This document shows, piece after piece, positions 30,157 through 41,641 of a DNA stretch of 64,000 nucleotides. Numbering within the stretch: position 1 is the first letter of the stretch; each line of letters opens with the position of its first letter. This DNA comes from Minisyncoccota bacterium (lineage in GTDB: Bacteria > Patescibacteriota > Minisyncoccia > Phycocordibacterales > UBA918). The stretch is taken from positions 5,311-69,310 of the forward strand of contig DASUDI010000021.1 in NCBI GenBank assembly GCA_036275695.1, given 5' to 3'. Below the pieces are notes generated by a model. The model was given only the letters and a program-made list of their open reading frames with translations. It made no database searches and was not told the DNA's origin. The position numbers were made by a program, and so were the translations under genes.

Positions 30157-31065
30157 CTATCGCTGCATCGCTTCGATACCTCCCGTAATCTCTGACACCT
30201 CTGCGGTAATCATTGCCTGGCGCTCTTTGTTGTAGAGTAACGTCAGAGAACGCACCATATCTTTTGTTTTATCAGTTGCGTTTTTCATTGCAATCATGCG
30301 CGCTGAATGCTCCGAGGCTTTATTTTCGAGAAGCGCGTGATACACCATAATTTCTACAATAAGTGCAAATATCACATCGAAAAGTGCGGTGGGTGGCTGT
30401 TCAGTAATGTACACAACAGGTGAGGATGGTGACGCATCATTACTATATCTACCTTCTCGTGGAAGAATATCGTGAACCATCCTTCTTACTTCATCAGGCA
30501 CCACAGGAAGAATTTGATGCGTTCGGGGATGCTGTTCAAATGTTGAGATGAAATTTTGGAATACTATGTGTACGGTATGATATGTGTTCGAAGAAAACGC
30601 GTTGAGGATGTGTGTTACGGTTGATTGCACGTCAGTAATCTGTATGTCGTCAGAAATATTGATAAAGTGTCGCGGTACTACATATCCTCGATTTTTGAAG
30701 TACTCGTATCCCTTTTTCCCAAAAGCAACAATTTCAACTTCATTTTTATTGTAGTGCGAGATATGCGACTCAGCCTCCTTGATGACCGCACTATTGAGGT
30801 TTCCCGCGAGCCCCTTATCTGACGTAACAACAATTACACAATGATGCGTTCCCGCACCGGGCGTGAGGAAACTGTGCGACTGTGCGTCATGGCTGCGAGA
30901 AATGTTTTCAAGAATACGAAACGCCGCCTCGGCAAAATGACGTCCTTCAAGCGCTCGTTGCTGACTTTTGCGCATTTTAACCGCAGAAACCGCCTCCATT
31001 GCCTTGGTGACTTTTCCTGTTTTCTGTGTTGCGATTATTTTGTTTTTAACGTGTTTTAGTGCCAT
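30157..31065 (-). CDS. atpG: F0F1 ATP synthase subunit gamma
   Basis: 302 aa. MALKHVKNKIIATQKTGKVTKAMEAVSAVKMRKSQ… and a conserved C-terminus (…ITAEVSEITGGIEAM). Confidence 0.9.
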   Translation of the reverse strand: MALKHVKNKIIATQKTGKVTKAMEAVSAVKMRKSQQRALEGRHFAEAAFRILENISRSHDAQSHSFLTPGAGTHHCVIVVTSDKGLAGNLNSAVIKEAESHISHYNKNEVEIVAFGKKGYEYFKNRGYVVPRHFINISDDIQITDVQSTVTHILNAFSSNTYHTVHIVFQNFISTFEQHPRTHQILPVVPDEVRRMVHDILPREGRYSNDASPSSPVVYITEQPPTALFDVIFALIVEIMVYHALLENKASEHSARMIAMKNATDKTKDMVRSLTLLYNKERQAMITAEVSEITGGIEAMQR

Positions 31066-31073
31066 GGAGCCAG

Positions 31074-32645
31074 TTAGGTGGTGGTTGCGTAATAATGTTG
31101 ATGTGCATTCTTGAAATCAGCAATTGATGTTGTAATGTCAGAAATAAGCGCGTCAGTGAGTTCGCGACCTTTTTCGAGCGTATCAAGAATATGGGTACGA
31201 TCACGCTCAATAAATTCGATAAACATCTCTTCTACTGCACGCACCTTTTCAGGTTGTACGCCATTGAATATGCCGTTATTTGCCGCAAAAATAGCAACAA
31301 CTTGTTTAAAGAATGGCACTGGCTGATTTTGTGGCTGTTTTAATAATTCAACGTACGTGCGTCCTGAATCAATGCGCTTTTTGGTTTCCTCATCAAGATC
31401 AGACGCAAACTGCATGAATGCTTCAAGTTCACGAAACTGCGCTAATTCAAGTCGAATTTTACCTGAAACTTTTTTCATTGCTTTTGTCTGTGCTGATGAT
31501 CCTACGCGTGACACTGAGATACCGACATTGAGCGCGGGTCGGATACCCTTATTAAAGAGGTCAGTTTCTAGGAATATTTGTCCATCAGTAATTGAAATGA
31601 CGTTTGTTGGAATATACGCAGACACATCCCCTTCCTGTGTTTCAATAATAGGAAGTGCGGTAATTGAACCTCCTCCACGTTCTTTTGAAAGTTTTGCTGA
31701 ACGTTCGAGGAGTCGAGAATGAAGATAAAAAATATCACCAGGGTATGCTTCACGACCTGGCGGACGGCGTAAAAGAAGTGACATCTGTCGGTACGCGTTT
31801 GCGTGTTTTGATAAGTCATCAAGTACCACAACAACGTCCTTACCCTGTTGCATGAAGTATTCAGCAATTGCCATACCTGCAAAAGGCGCAAGGAATAAAA
31901 GAGGGGATGCTTCTGATGCTGAGGTGGCAACGATAGTTGTGTACTCCATTGCCCCCGCATCCTCAAGCTTCGCCATAAGTGTTGCGGTTTTAGAACGTTT
32001 TTGTCCTATGGCAACATAAATACATAATGGGCGTTTTTCCTTAGGTTCATATTTTTGATTGATAATCGTATCAATCGCGATAGTCGTCTTGCCTGTACCT
32101 CGGTCACCAATAATAAGCTCTCGCTGTCCCCGTCCGATGGGGATCATTGCATCAATTGCTTTGATACCGGTATGAATGGGCTCATTTACTGATGATCGAT
32201 CCATGACACCATACGCAACCCGTTCGATAGGCATTTCTGCCTGGGTGGCGATTGCACCCTTACCATCAATTGGTTCTCCAAGTGGATTTATGACACGACC
32301 TACTGTTCCCTCTCCGACGGGGATTGAAAGTAGTTTTTTTGTACGATATACGTGCATACCCTCTTTTACACGCCTCGTTTCTCCAAGCACCACAACTTTG
32401 ACGACATCTTCTTCAAGATTAAGAATGAGTCCTACGAGTGCTTGTTTGCTTGAGATAACTTCTTCAAGCGACTTTCCCATTCCATCATCAAATACCACCA
32501 TTTCCATCATCTGTGCCGTCCGCAAACCTGAAATCTCAGCAATACCATCACCCACCGAAATAACCTCTCCAACATCTTCTGGAATAGCGCTAGTTTCCAT
32601 GCGTGCAATTTCGTTCTTTATCGTCTCAATGATTGTTGTGCTCAT
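31074..32645 (-). CDS. atpA: F0F1 ATP synthase subunit alpha
   Basis: The start is taken at [13 protein letters not shown]… (32645). The 41-codon ORF-track extension would overlap atpH. P-loop [18 protein letters not shown]. Confidence 0.95.
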   Translation of the reverse strand: MSTTIIETIKNEIARMETSAIPEDVGEVISVGDGIAEISGLRTAQMMEMVVFDDGMGKSLEEVISSKQALVGLILNLEEDVVKVVVLGETRRVKEGMHVYRTKKLLSIPVGEGTVGRVINPLGEPIDGKGAIATQAEMPIERVAYGVMDRSSVNEPIHTGIKAIDAMIPIGRGQRELIIGDRGTGKTTIAIDTIINQKYEPKEKRPLCIYVAIGQKRSKTATLMAKLEDAGAMEYTTIVATSASEASPLLFLAPFAGMAIAEYFMQQGKDVVVVLDDLSKHANAYRQMSLLLRRPPGREAYPGDIFYLHSRLLERSAKLSKERGGGSITALPIIETQEGDVSAYIPTNVISITDGQIFLETDLFNKGIRPALNVGISVSRVGSSAQTKAMKKVSGKIRLELAQFRELEAFMQFASDLDEETKKRIDSGRTYVELLKQPQNQPVPFFKQVVAIFAANNGIFNGVQPEKVRAVEEMFIEFIERDRTHILDTLEKGRELTDALISDITTSIADFKNAHQHYYATTT

Positions 32646-32664
32646 AGGTATGTGGTTGCTAAAA

Positions 32665-33042
32665 TTATTGAATAACAGTTTTGTAGAGGTGGATAAGTTT
32701 CTTTTTGAATGATGTATCAATGACGCGATTTTGATACTGTACACGCATACCGCCAATAAGTGACGCATCTACGTCTATATCATAATCCTTTGCACCAAGT
32801 GTTGTTAGTAACTTTGCTATTGAATTTGCTTCAATGTTCTGCGCATCCGCGCGTGCAAGTGTAACATGTGCCTTATTGCTTGATTCTGAATTTTTAATTT
32901 CACACATAAGACCACGTAGTACAGGTATCAGAAGTTTTTCGTGTCCACGAGTGCGCAGAGTGTATGTGAGACCCTCAATAACTGAATCAATAGGTTGCGT
33001 ATTGAGTGCTTCACGTGCTGCTTTGATATATCTATCTTTCAT
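32665..33042 (-). CDS. atpH: F0F1 ATP synthase subunit delta (short OSCP)
   Basis: 125 aa. The C-terminus (…[23 protein letters not shown]…) is delta-like. Its position between atpF and atpA is canonical. Confidence 0.7.
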   Translation of the reverse strand: MKDRYIKAAREALNTQPIDSVIEGLTYTLRTRGHEKLLIPVLRGLMCEIKNSESSNKAHVTLARADAQNIEANSIAKLLTTLGAKDYDIDVDASLIGGMRVQYQNRVIDTSFKKKLIHLYKTVIQ

Positions 33043-33048
33043 ATATCA

Positions 33049-33498
33049 TTACACATTTTTCTCCCGCAATATTTTTTCTGCCATAAGTATGGCTGTTTTT
33101 ACAATCTCTGCCTCACTCTCTTTCTGTGCGTTTTTTTGAATTTCTCTGCTTCGTGTTTCAGCACCCTCAATGATGAGTTTCGCTTTATGATGTGCTTCGT
33201 CAATGGAGGTTTGTGAGGTAGCTTCCGCGTACTGCTTTGCTCGCACACTAATCGCTTCTGCTTCTTGATGTGCGGTACTAAGTATTTGATTTTTTTGAAT
33301 ATCAGCGCGTGCGAGTGCCTGTTCAGCATTCTTCGCATCTTCGAGACCTTTTTTAATTTTTGCTTCGCGTTCTGAGAGGATTTTTAGAATTGGGTTATAG
33401 AGAAAATACGTTAAAACACTTGCGAGAATTGCAAAGTTAATGATTTGAATAACAATTAATTTTCCGTTTATACCAAATGCATGTAGTATTTCCTCCAT
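33049..33498 (-). CDS. atpF: F0F1 ATP synthase subunit b
   Basis: 149 aa. N-terminal TM helix followed by a long charged coiled coil. Confidence 0.75.
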   Translation of the reverse strand: MEEILHAFGINGKLIVIQIINFAILASVLTYFLYNPILKILSEREAKIKKGLEDAKNAEQALARADIQKNQILSTAHQEAEAISVRAKQYAEATSQTSIDEAHHKAKLIIEGAETRSREIQKNAQKESEAEIVKTAILMAEKILREKNV

Positions 33499-33509
33499 AT
33501 GTTTTCTCT

Positions 33510-33761
<252 letters not shown>

Positions 33762-33834
33762 CTATAATGTTATCTCAAGCATACTGGATAACTGATGAAG
33801 CGCGATACTCACGCACCATCAGTTATCCACTAGA

Positions 33835-34614
33835 CTAATGCGGTTCCGCAATTGCAAGTTTAATAAAAAAGAGCGTCAAAACCGCAAATATGAATGCTTG
33901 TATGAACCCCACAAACATTTCAAACGCGAGGATGGGGACAGGAAGTACAAATGGTACAAAAAACATTGCAATAACGAGTAATGTTTTGCCAGCAAAAATA
34001 TTCCCGAATAAACGAAATGAAAATGACACAAGGCGCGCAAGCTCGCTAAATAACTCAATAATACCAATTAAAAATGCGAGAGGTGATGAGAAGTTGATAA
34101 ATTTTGATCCATACTTAAAAAATCCTAATGAAATAATTCCAATAATTTCAATGGCGAAAAAGGCAACAAGTGCGAAGCTGATGGTGATATTGAGGTCAGT
34201 GTTTGCCGGATGAAGAAAAGGAACAAGTGTCTCTTCTCCATGTACCCCCTTTATAATACCGATAGAATCAACACCAGGAAGGAGTCCAACCCAATTAAGG
34301 GTGAGTACAAACATAAATATTGTCATGAGGAGCGGAAAGTAACTTCGCGCAAGTTTCTTACTTTCAAGAGTATCAGCAACATAATCAAACGCACCACCCA
34401 CAACGATTTCCATTGAAGATTGGAGTTTGCTAGGGGCGAGGCGTATGTTTCGATATATAGCAAATGCAAGTGCGGTAAGTAGACCCATCACAAACCATGA
34501 CATTATAAGCGTGCTTGTGATAGGTACACCAAAAGCGTACCCAAGAATACTGGGAGCAAGGTGAATTTCAATCCCCCCTTCACTTGCCGCAAATGCAGTC
34601 TGTGCTAAAAACAT
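33835..34614 (-). CDS. atpB: F0F1 ATP synthase subunit a
   Basis: 259 aa polytopic. …LSFSFRLFGNIFAGKTLL… contains the essential Arg of subunit a. Confidence 0.85.
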   Translation of the reverse strand: MFLAQTAFAASEGGIEIHLAPSILGYAFGVPITSTLIMSWFVMGLLTALAFAIYRNIRLAPSKLQSSMEIVVGGAFDYVADTLESKKLARSYFPLLMTIFMFVLTLNWVGLLPGVDSIGIIKGVHGEETLVPFLHPANTDLNITISFALVAFFAIEIIGIISLGFFKYGSKFINFSSPLAFLIGIIELFSELARLVSFSFRLFGNIFAGKTLLVIAMFFVPFVLPVPILAFEMFVGFIQAFIFAVLTLFFIKLAIAEPH

Positions 34615-34718
34615 AAATACGCCCGCATTTTAACAAAAAATTTTATAAAAACAAGAAAGATTTGTTTTTGTTCTGTGATTTATCCACAAAATAAAAAATA
34701 TCATATACGCTCGTGATA

Positions 34719-34746
34719 TTGACGCACTGCCGTAAAATGGTAGTAT
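34719..34746 (+). promoter_or_regulatory. sigma-70-like promoter upstream of tRNA-Ala (-35 TTGACG, 16-nt spacer, extended -10 TGgTAGTAT)
   Basis: TTGACG at 34719..34724 and TAGTAT at 34741..34746. The tRNA begins 31 nt downstream of the -10. Confidence 0.4.
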
Positions 34747-34776
34747 ACGTGGGTTCTATCGTATAGAACATACTTC

Positions 34777-34850
34777 GGGCCCGTAGCTCAGTTGGCTAGA
34801 GCGTCTGTTTTGCACTCAGAAGGTCGCTGGTTCAAGTCCAGTCGGGTCCA
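34777..34850 (+). tRNA. tRNA-Ala (anticodon TGC); CCA not encoded
   Basis: Hand-folded. Acceptor GGGCCCG/CGGGTCC. D-arm GCTC-AGTTGGCTA-GAGC. Anticodon stem-loop TCTGT-TTTGCAC-TCAGA (U31·U39 mismatch). T-arm GCTGG-TTCAAGT-CCAGT. Discriminator A. Confidence 0.75.
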
Positions 34851-34851
34851 C

Positions 34852-34889
34852 AAAAAAATCACTCAGTTATCTGACTGAGTGATTTTTTA
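34852..34889 (+). terminator. rho-independent terminator after tRNA-Ala (AAAAAATCACTCAG…CTGAGTGATTTTTT)
   Basis: 14-bp perfect inverted repeat with a trailing T-run. Confidence 0.6.
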
Positions 34890-34969
34890 GTCTCTAATGA
34901 CATAGTGCGCGAATTGCGCATACGTACCAGTGTGAAAAAAATTCTAATCTGATATACTAGCGCGTATCA

Positions 34970-35040
34970 CAGGCTATAGTATACCGGTAGTACGCGTCCA
35001 TGGGGTGGATGTAGACTGGGTTCAATTCCCAGTAGCCTGA
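34970..35040 (+). tRNA. tRNA-Pro (anticodon GGG); CCA not encoded
   Basis: Hand-folded. Acceptor CAGGCTA/TAGCCTG with C1:G72 and an A73 discriminator, the bacterial tRNA-Pro identity set. D-arm GTAT-ACCGGTA-GTAC. Anticodon stem-loop CGTCC-ATGGGGT-GGATG. T-arm CTGGG-TTCAATT-CCCAG. Confidence 0.65.
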
Positions 35041-35056
35041 CACGCACAAATCGCTG

Positions 35057-35350
35057 TCAATGCTTAAAAATTGTTTCAATTTTTAGTGCAAGACGCATGT
35101 CATCTCTTGAAATTTTTTGTGACGTATCTTTTTTTACAATCGTGACAGATACCTGATCGTGTTGTATTTGCACAACTGGGTAGTGCTTGTATATTTCTGC
35201 GTACACCGCGATGCGTGCGACATGCGCAAGCGCGTCGATGTAACTATCAACCACAAACGACTTATTGAGTCTTGAATGAGTCTTATTCAAGACCCAACCA
35301 GATAAAAGTTCTGTGTCAGCGCCCACCTTTTGAGTATTGTGTCTCTTCAT
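35057..35350 (-). CDS. putative pterin-4a-carbinolamine dehydratase (PCD/DCoH-like)
   Basis: 97 aa. …AEIYKHYPVVQIQHDQVSV… resembles the PCD [E]-x3-H-[HY]-P…H-[DE] signature. Weak call. Confidence 0.4.
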   Translation of the reverse strand: MKRHNTQKVGADTELLSGWVLNKTHSRLNKSFVVDSYIDALAHVARIAVYAEIYKHYPVVQIQHDQVSVTIVKKDTSQKISRDDMRLALKIETIFKH

Positions 35351-35362
35351 GGTGTAATAGTA

Positions 35363-36331
35363 TCACGACCTTCGCATCGCATCAGTAATTAAGTGTGTAA
35401 TAAAATCCTGATATTGCGCACCGACTGCGGTGAGTGCTTTTGGAAAAATCGATTTCATAGAAAGTCCTGGTAGCGTATTTACTTCAAGAAAATAAATAGT
35501 ATCGTTTGCAATGATAAAGTCAGAGCGCGAATACTGGGATAAATCTAACGTCTGATGTACGAGCTTTGCAAGACGAATAACCTCGCGTTTTGTCTCGTGA
35601 CTAAATCGTGCGGGACATATCTCCTCAGTCATGCCATCATATTTACTCTGAGTATCAAAAAAATCACCTTTGGGAACAATCTCAACTGGTGGCAGTCCGT
35701 AGAGATTTTCATTGCGAAAACGTTCTATGACTCCACAAGTAACTTCCCTTCCTGGTATTCGTGCCTCCACCATTATTTCGTCATAGCGCGAAAGTGCGTC
35801 TGAAATTGCTTGTGAAAGCATGAGTGGGTTTTTTACCATCATGGTACCCGAGGACGATCCAGAACATGTGGGTTTTATCACATATTGAGGTCCGAACATG
35901 TCGGCTATTTTTTCAGCAATGCGCGCGGTGTCAGCAAGTGAATCTCGAGAAATGTGAAGATGTGGTGCCATAGGAATCCCTGTCTGTTCAAGAAATTTCT
36001 TCGTAGTCACTTTATTCATTGCAACCGCAGAGGAAAATGCCTTACTGCCTGTATAGGGAACACCGTACCTGTCCATAAGTCGTTGCACTACACCATCCTC
36101 TCCATACGTGCCGTGTAGCGCGTTAAAAACGACATCAACAGACTGAAAAATATGTTCTGGGAGCCACACTTTACCATTACAGAGCCACTCACCTTGTCTT
36201 GTGATGATGACGTCAATTGGGTCAAAATGTGTCCTGTCAATAAACTCGAGCACCGTGGCACCCGTCCACAACGACACTTCATATTCATCGCTGAGACCAC
36301 CACGAAGCACTGCAACTCTAATTTTTTGCAT
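35363..36331 (-). CDS. ddl: D-alanine--D-alanine ligase
   Basis: The start is taken at MQKIRVAVLRGGLSDEYEVS… ATP-grasp motifs (…DFIIANDTIYFLEVNTLPGLS…). Confidence 0.85.
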   Translation of the reverse strand: MQKIRVAVLRGGLSDEYEVSLWTGATVLEFIDRTHFDPIDVIITRQGEWLCNGKVWLPEHIFQSVDVVFNALHGTYGEDGVVQRLMDRYGVPYTGSKAFSSAVAMNKVTTKKFLEQTGIPMAPHLHISRDSLADTARIAEKIADMFGPQYVIKPTCSGSSSGTMMVKNPLMLSQAISDALSRYDEIMVEARIPGREVTCGVIERFRNENLYGLPPVEIVPKGDFFDTQSKYDGMTEEICPARFSHETKREVIRLAKLVHQTLDLSQYSRSDFIIANDTIYFLEVNTLPGLSMKSIFPKALTAVGAQYQDFITHLITDAMRRS

Positions 36332-36387
36332 AGTAATATGTATATATAGTGTAACACTCACGTATGCAAGTTACTATGTGCTTATGT

Positions 36388-37617
36388 TTATTTTATGCGA
36401 GCACGTCTTTTCTTCCTGTGCAATGATAAGGCAAAACGATGTGACTCAGCATTTGCGAGGACGATTTGCTGCCGATATTCTTGAATTATTCTTTCATCAC
36501 CGCGTATATCTTTCGGTTTGTGGTGTTCATCTTTGACAACTCCGACGACGGGAATGACAAGTTTATTTTGCTTTAACACTGACTCAGCAATTCGTATCTG
36601 TGCAACCCCGCCATCTACCACAACTAACCCCGGATGCTCCCATTCTGTATGTTTAAAGCGACGCGTGAGTGTTTCTTTTAATGCTTGCGTGTCGTGTGAC
36701 TTCTTGACTGACTGTATGTTGAAGGCGCGATATGCTGATTGCTTGCGTTCGCCCCTATCTACGACCACCATTACTCCCGTCATGTCGTCACCCTGAAGGT
36801 GCGCGACATCAAATGCTTCAATGCGAAAGGATAACGCATCCTTATAGTCACGCAGATCGTCACGGATGAGCGCAATATCTTGAATGTGTCTCAAAGCAAA
36901 AATCCTTCGTTTAAGTTGCTGAGCCTCCTCAAACGCTTCTTTTTTTGCGGCACGCATCATGTTTCGTTCAAGTTCAGTGATAATCTGCTTCTTTTTGCCC
37001 TCAAACAGAAGTCGTATATGACGTATAGTTTGCGCATAGGCTTCACTACTTACATTTTTTGGATACAACCCAATTTGCGTATTGAAATTGAGTTTTCCCT
37101 TGTCGAGTTTCGTGGTGTGTGCTTTCGCTGATACGCTACCATCAAAAAATTGAAAGAGTTTTCGAATAATGCGCATTGCCTCCCTAAATTGCGTACCATT
37201 GGGAAATGGCCCAAATATATGGCTGTATGTGCTATCTGCATCATTGGCAAGATCTTTTCCACGCACAATGAGTACGCGAGGGAATGATTCCTTTGTAATA
37301 ACTACATGGTTGAAACTTTTGTCATCCTTTGTACGTGTGTTGTAGTGTGGCTTGTGTGTGCGTATGAGGTTTGCCTCCATAAGCATTGCTTCAAGGACGG
37401 AGTCGGTTATCTCCCATTCGACAGTACAGGCTTCACGCACCATTTTCTCAATGAGGACACTTCGTTTCTCATGTATCGAGTTGTCAAAGTAACTCCGGAT
37501 ACGTGTTCTGAGTGAAGTCGCTTTGCCAATGTATAAGATTTTTTTTTGAGTATCGAGAAAAAAGTAAACACCAGGGGCATTGGGGATTTTAAGTTTTTGA
37601 AACATTTCAAGATTCAT
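36388..37617 (-). CDS. uvrC: excinuclease ABC subunit C (compact, 409 aa)
   Basis: N-terminal GIY-YIG (…APGVYFFLDTQKKILYIGKATSLRTRIRSYF…). C-terminal UvrC endonuclease domain (…GLVVVDGGVAQIRIAE…). No room for the (HhH)2 tail. Confidence 0.8.
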   Translation of the reverse strand: MNLEMFQKLKIPNAPGVYFFLDTQKKILYIGKATSLRTRIRSYFDNSIHEKRSVLIEKMVREACTVEWEITDSVLEAMLMEANLIRTHKPHYNTRTKDDKSFNHVVITKESFPRVLIVRGKDLANDADSTYSHIFGPFPNGTQFREAMRIIRKLFQFFDGSVSAKAHTTKLDKGKLNFNTQIGLYPKNVSSEAYAQTIRHIRLLFEGKKKQIITELERNMMRAAKKEAFEEAQQLKRRIFALRHIQDIALIRDDLRDYKDALSFRIEAFDVAHLQGDDMTGVMVVVDRGERKQSAYRAFNIQSVKKSHDTQALKETLTRRFKHTEWEHPGLVVVDGGVAQIRIAESVLKQNKLVIPVVGVVKDEHHKPKDIRGDERIIQEYRQQIVLANAESHRFALSLHRKKRRARIK

Positions 37618-37635
37618 ACCACTACTATGGTTACG

Positions 37636-40272
37636 TTACAAAATGTTTTTAAGATATGTTCCTGTATGAGATTTTTGATTATGGGCAACTTCTTCGGGAG
37701 TTCCTTTTGCCACCAATGAGCCGCCACCACTCCCGCCCTCAGGACCAATATCAATGATGTAATCTGCGCACTTTATTAAATCAAGATTATGCTCAATCAC
37801 TATTACCGTGTTTCCCTTTATAACAAGTTCCTGCAATATCTCAATAAGTTTCCGCACATCTTCGTAATGAAGACCGATAGTTGGTTCATCCAGGAGATAT
37901 ATTGTTTTTTGTGTATGTGGTCGATACAATTCGGAAGCGATTTTTACACGCTGCGCCTCGCCCCCAGAGAGAGTTGTGGCGCTTTGTCCAAGCTCTAAAT
38001 ACCCAAGTCCTACATGAAGGAGCGATTGTAAGCGATCATGAATCGCGGGTACATCATTGAAAAATGCACCCGCTTCTTCAATGGTCATGTGAAGCACTTC
38101 ATCAATATTTTTGCCTTTATAATGTACTTCAAGTGTTTCTTTGGTAAACCGTTTGCCGTCACACACATCGCAGGTCACAAATACGGTGGGGAGAAAATGC
38201 ATTTCAACAGCAACTTCACCGTTTCCTTGACATGCTTCACAGCGTCCGCCTTTTACGTTAAATGAAAATCTATTTGGCTTCCAACCTCGCGCGCGTGCCT
38301 CATTTGAATGTGCGAAAAGGTCACGTATATGGGTAAACGCCCCCGTATATGTTGCGGGGTTTGAGCGTGGCGTTCTCCCAATTGGTGATTGATCGATAAG
38401 AATTTCCCTGCCAAGATATTCTGTACCGTTAAATGATGTTGCGTTGTAGGTATGTGGAGTCCTAAATTTTTTATCAAGGCGCGAACGGAGGTTACGATGT
38501 ACAATTTCATACATGAAAGTAGATTTGCCACTCCCTGAAACTCCGGTAATGGCCACGAGCCTTCCGAGAGGAATATCCACATTCATATTTTTAATATTGA
38601 ATGCCTTTCCACCTCTTACTTTGAGTGAGCCTTTTTCGCTATCACGTCTTTTCTTAGGTACCTCAATTTTTTTAGTACCACGTAGGTAATCAAGGGTACA
38701 TGAGCCAGAAGTATTTGAAGGTGCGTCGAGAAGAGGTTTTAGATATCCTGAAACAACCACTTCCCCACCATGTATACCTGCTCCTGGTCCAATATCTACA
38801 ATGTAATCAGATGCGAATATCGTATCTTCATCATGTTCCACAATAATGATACTGTTACCGAGGTCACGAAGTTCGGTGAGTGTTTTAATAAGTCGAGCAT
38901 TATCACGCTGATGTAATCCTATGGTTGGTTCATCAAGGACATACATTGCACCCACAAGCCCTGAACCAAGTTGTGAGGCGAGGCGTATACGCTGCGCCTC
39001 GCCTCCCGAGAGAGTATTTGCTCGCCGATTGAGTGTGAGATACTCAATGCCAACATTTATCATAAAATCAAGTCTCTCAATTATTTCGCGAAGAGCTGGC
39101 CACGCAATTTCCTGATCTTTTTTTGAAAGTTTGAGTGCTGAAACAAATTCTACAGCCTCCGCTATGGTCATATTAGTAAAATCAACAATATTTTTTCCAA
39201 GGTGTTTTGCGTCACCGCCAATATATACGCGAAGCGCTTCTGGTCGAAGACGAGCACCATTGCACGCAGAACAGGTGTCAGTATTAAAAATGCCTGTCGT
39301 GCCAAGTCCGTTACATTCAGAACAAGCACCGTACGGTGAATTAAATGAAAAGAGGCGTGGCTCAACTTCTGGAAACGATGAACCATCAGTTGGGCAAATA
39401 AATTTTGCTGAGAGCATACGTTCATCGCCATCCGGTGTACGCACTTTTACGAGTCCACCCGATTCACGAAGTGCTAATTCTACCGCTTCTGAAAGTCGTT
39501 CTCTTGCATTTTTGGGTGAGTGTTCAAATTCACTCACATATATTTCATCAACAAGCACGTCAATATCATGACGCTTTGTCTTAGTAAGTATAATTTTTTC
39601 ACGAAGTTGCTTTACTTCACCATCGATTCGAATAGTTTCGTATCCCTTAGAAAGCAAATCATACAATAGTTGGTAGTACTCACCTTTTCTACCAACGACA
39701 ACGGGTGAAAAGATTGAGACTCGTGCTGAACTCACTTCAACACCAAGTACATTGGTAACATCGGACTTTAATCGTTTGACTTCCCTATCTTCAATTGATT
39801 TTTGAATAATTCCGAGAATTTCGTCTTGTGATAGTTTCTGAATCGGAATATCAACGTCGAGACAGTATGGCTGACCTATGCGCGCGTATAAAATACGAAG
39901 ATAATCATATATCTCAGTAATTGTCGCAACGGTCGATCGAGGGTTGCGTGACGCTGATTTCTGATCAATTGATATTGCGGGCGAAAGTCCGCGTATCTCA
40001 TCAACATCAGGTTTCTGCATTTGCCGTAGAAACTGACGAGCATACGATGAAAGTGATTCGACATACCGTCGCTGACCTTCGGCAAAGATGGTGTCAAACG
40101 CAAGTGATGATTTGCCACTTCCAGAAAGTCCGGTAAATACCACCATCTTATTTCTTGGAATTTCTAAATCAATATTCTTTAGATTGTGGGTACGGGCTCC
40201 GCGAATCGTAATTTTTTCATCATGTGGACCATCACATGCAGCCTTATTTTTTGAGTCTTTTTTGTGCACCAT
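37636..40272 (-). CDS. uvrA: excinuclease ABC subunit A
   Basis: 878 aa. Two ABC ATPase modules ([15 protein letters not shown]… and [15 protein letters not shown]…), zinc-finger Cys clusters, LSGGEAQR signatures. Confidence 0.9.
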   Translation of the reverse strand: MVHKKDSKNKAACDGPHDEKITIRGARTHNLKNIDLEIPRNKMVVFTGLSGSGKSSLAFDTIFAEGQRRYVESLSSYARQFLRQMQKPDVDEIRGLSPAISIDQKSASRNPRSTVATITEIYDYLRILYARIGQPYCLDVDIPIQKLSQDEILGIIQKSIEDREVKRLKSDVTNVLGVEVSSARVSIFSPVVVGRKGEYYQLLYDLLSKGYETIRIDGEVKQLREKIILTKTKRHDIDVLVDEIYVSEFEHSPKNARERLSEAVELALRESGGLVKVRTPDGDERMLSAKFICPTDGSSFPEVEPRLFSFNSPYGACSECNGLGTTGIFNTDTCSACNGARLRPEALRVYIGGDAKHLGKNIVDFTNMTIAEAVEFVSALKLSKKDQEIAWPALREIIERLDFMINVGIEYLTLNRRANTLSGGEAQRIRLASQLGSGLVGAMYVLDEPTIGLHQRDNARLIKTLTELRDLGNSIIIVEHDEDTIFASDYIVDIGPGAGIHGGEVVVSGYLKPLLDAPSNTSGSCTLDYLRGTKKIEVPKKRRDSEKGSLKVRGGKAFNIKNMNVDIPLGRLVAITGVSGSGKSTFMYEIVHRNLRSRLDKKFRTPHTYNATSFNGTEYLGREILIDQSPIGRTPRSNPATYTGAFTHIRDLFAHSNEARARGWKPNRFSFNVKGGRCEACQGNGEVAVEMHFLPTVFVTCDVCDGKRFTKETLEVHYKGKNIDEVLHMTIEEAGAFFNDVPAIHDRLQSLLHVGLGYLELGQSATTLSGGEAQRVKIASELYRPHTQKTIYLLDEPTIGLHYEDVRKLIEILQELVIKGNTVIVIEHNLDLIKCADYIIDIGPEGGSGGGSLVAKGTPEEVAHNQKSHTGTYLKNIL

Positions 40273-40312
40273 GAAGCATAGTATAGCTTAAAACCGCAAT
40301 TTAAGAAACGAG

Positions 40313-41641
40313 CTATTTAGGTAGTGTGACGACAATCTGAGTTCCAACTCCTTTGATGGACTCTACACCAATTGAACCATTCATTAGATCGATAAGTTGT
40401 TTGGTGATCCACATACCAAGTCCCGTACCCACAATTGCATCCACCTCTGTCCTACGAACTCTGAAAAAAGGTGCAAAGAGGTTCTTTTGATTTTCAGCAC
40501 TAATTCCCATTCCAGTATCCTTAACACGTAATTCAATTGATGGCCCGATATCAGAGACTTCAAGGGTAATAATACCCTTGGGTGTGTATTTAATGGCATT
40601 ACTTACAAGATTTGTAAGTGCTTGATGTAGTCGTTTACCATCAATATTAATCATGACATCACCAAAAAGTCCTTCCTTTTTAAGAGTGATGTTTTTTGCC
40701 TCAGCTTGAAATCTCATAATATCAAGTACAGCAGTAATAATAGGTTGAATATTAGTTCGCGTCGGTTGCATTTCAAGTTTGCCGGATTGTATGCGTGCAA
40801 CATCAAGCAAATCACCCACAAGGATCACCAATTGTTCTGACGAACTCTCGATGCGCTCAGCAAACTTTTTCACCTCATCAGTGGCGTCATCTTTTTGTCG
40901 AATCATACTCGCGTAACCACGCATTGAGGTAAGTGGTGCACGCAGCTCATGAGCTATCATATTAGTAAACATGTCTTTTGCGTCACTTGCTTTTTTTGTT
41001 TCCTTATAGAGATATGAGTAATCAATTAAACGAATGTGTCGCATAATTAGTACGAGGATCACAATGAGCATTGCGATAAGCCAATATACAGCCTCTATAA
41101 TTCTATTTGCAAAAAGGGTATCTATGTGACTGAGTGAGGTTTCCGTAAAAATATAGTACACATCACCCACATCAGTCCGTACGAGTCGATAACTCCTCCA
41201 ATAACGTACTCCATTTTCGGCATACGGTGTGATGATACTTTCATCTGGATGTGTGTTCGTAATTCTATAATTTGTGCTTAAAATATCACTTGTATCAGCA
41301 TCCGCATTGTGTACAATGACTTCAACATCAGGAATTCCTTCCTTTGCAACAATGAATCTTCGAATATCTGGATTTAATTTAGTAAGTGTGTCTATCTCTT
41401 GCTTAATAATTTCAGGATCAAAATTAACTGCCTCAACATATGAAGCGAATACATCATGCATGATGCCAATCCTATCCTTCTCTAAGCGCTCTTGATTTTG
41501 TCTGCCAGCGTCAAGGAATTTTTGTCCAGAAATTATGAATGCAACAGGTATCACAACGATGAGAACCATCGTCATTAACACCTGGGGGTGCTTATGGATA
41601 TACGCGTAACTACTTTTTAACGGGGTGATAAAATGCGACAT
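40313..41641 (-). CDS. two-component sensor histidine kinase (no cognate response regulator adjacent)
   Basis: 442 aa. Two TM helices flank a sensor domain of about 150 aa. HisKA H-box IAHELRAPLTSMRGY. HATPase_c N/G boxes (…LVSNAIKYTPKG…, …DTGMGIS…, …GTGLGMWI…). Confidence 0.8.
   Translation of the reverse strand: MSHFITPLKSSYAYIHKHPQVLMTMVLIVVIPVAFIISGQKFLDAGRQNQERLEKDRIGIMHDVFASYVEAVNFDPEIIKQEIDTLTKLNPDIRRFIVAKEGIPDVEVIVHNADADTSDILSTNYRITNTHPDESIITPYAENGVRYWRSYRLVRTDVGDVYYIFTETSLSHIDTLFANRIIEAVYWLIAMLIVILVLIMRHIRLIDYSYLYKETKKASDAKDMFTNMIAHELRAPLTSMRGYASMIRQKDDATDEVKKFAERIESSSEQLVILVGDLLDVARIQSGKLEMQPTRTNIQPIITAVLDIMRFQAEAKNITLKKEGLFGDVMINIDGKRLHQALTNLVSNAIKYTPKGIITLEVSDIGPSIELRVKDTGMGISAENQKNLFAPFFRVRRTEVDAIVGTGLGMWITKQLIDLMNGSIGVESIKGVGTQIVVTLPK

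Noticed and set aside
40313-41641. A cognate response regulator for the histidine kinase.
   Set aside because: No receiver-domain protein (D-D-K, …LPFxG… motifs) is found among the neighbouring ORFs. The kinase appears to be orphan within this window.
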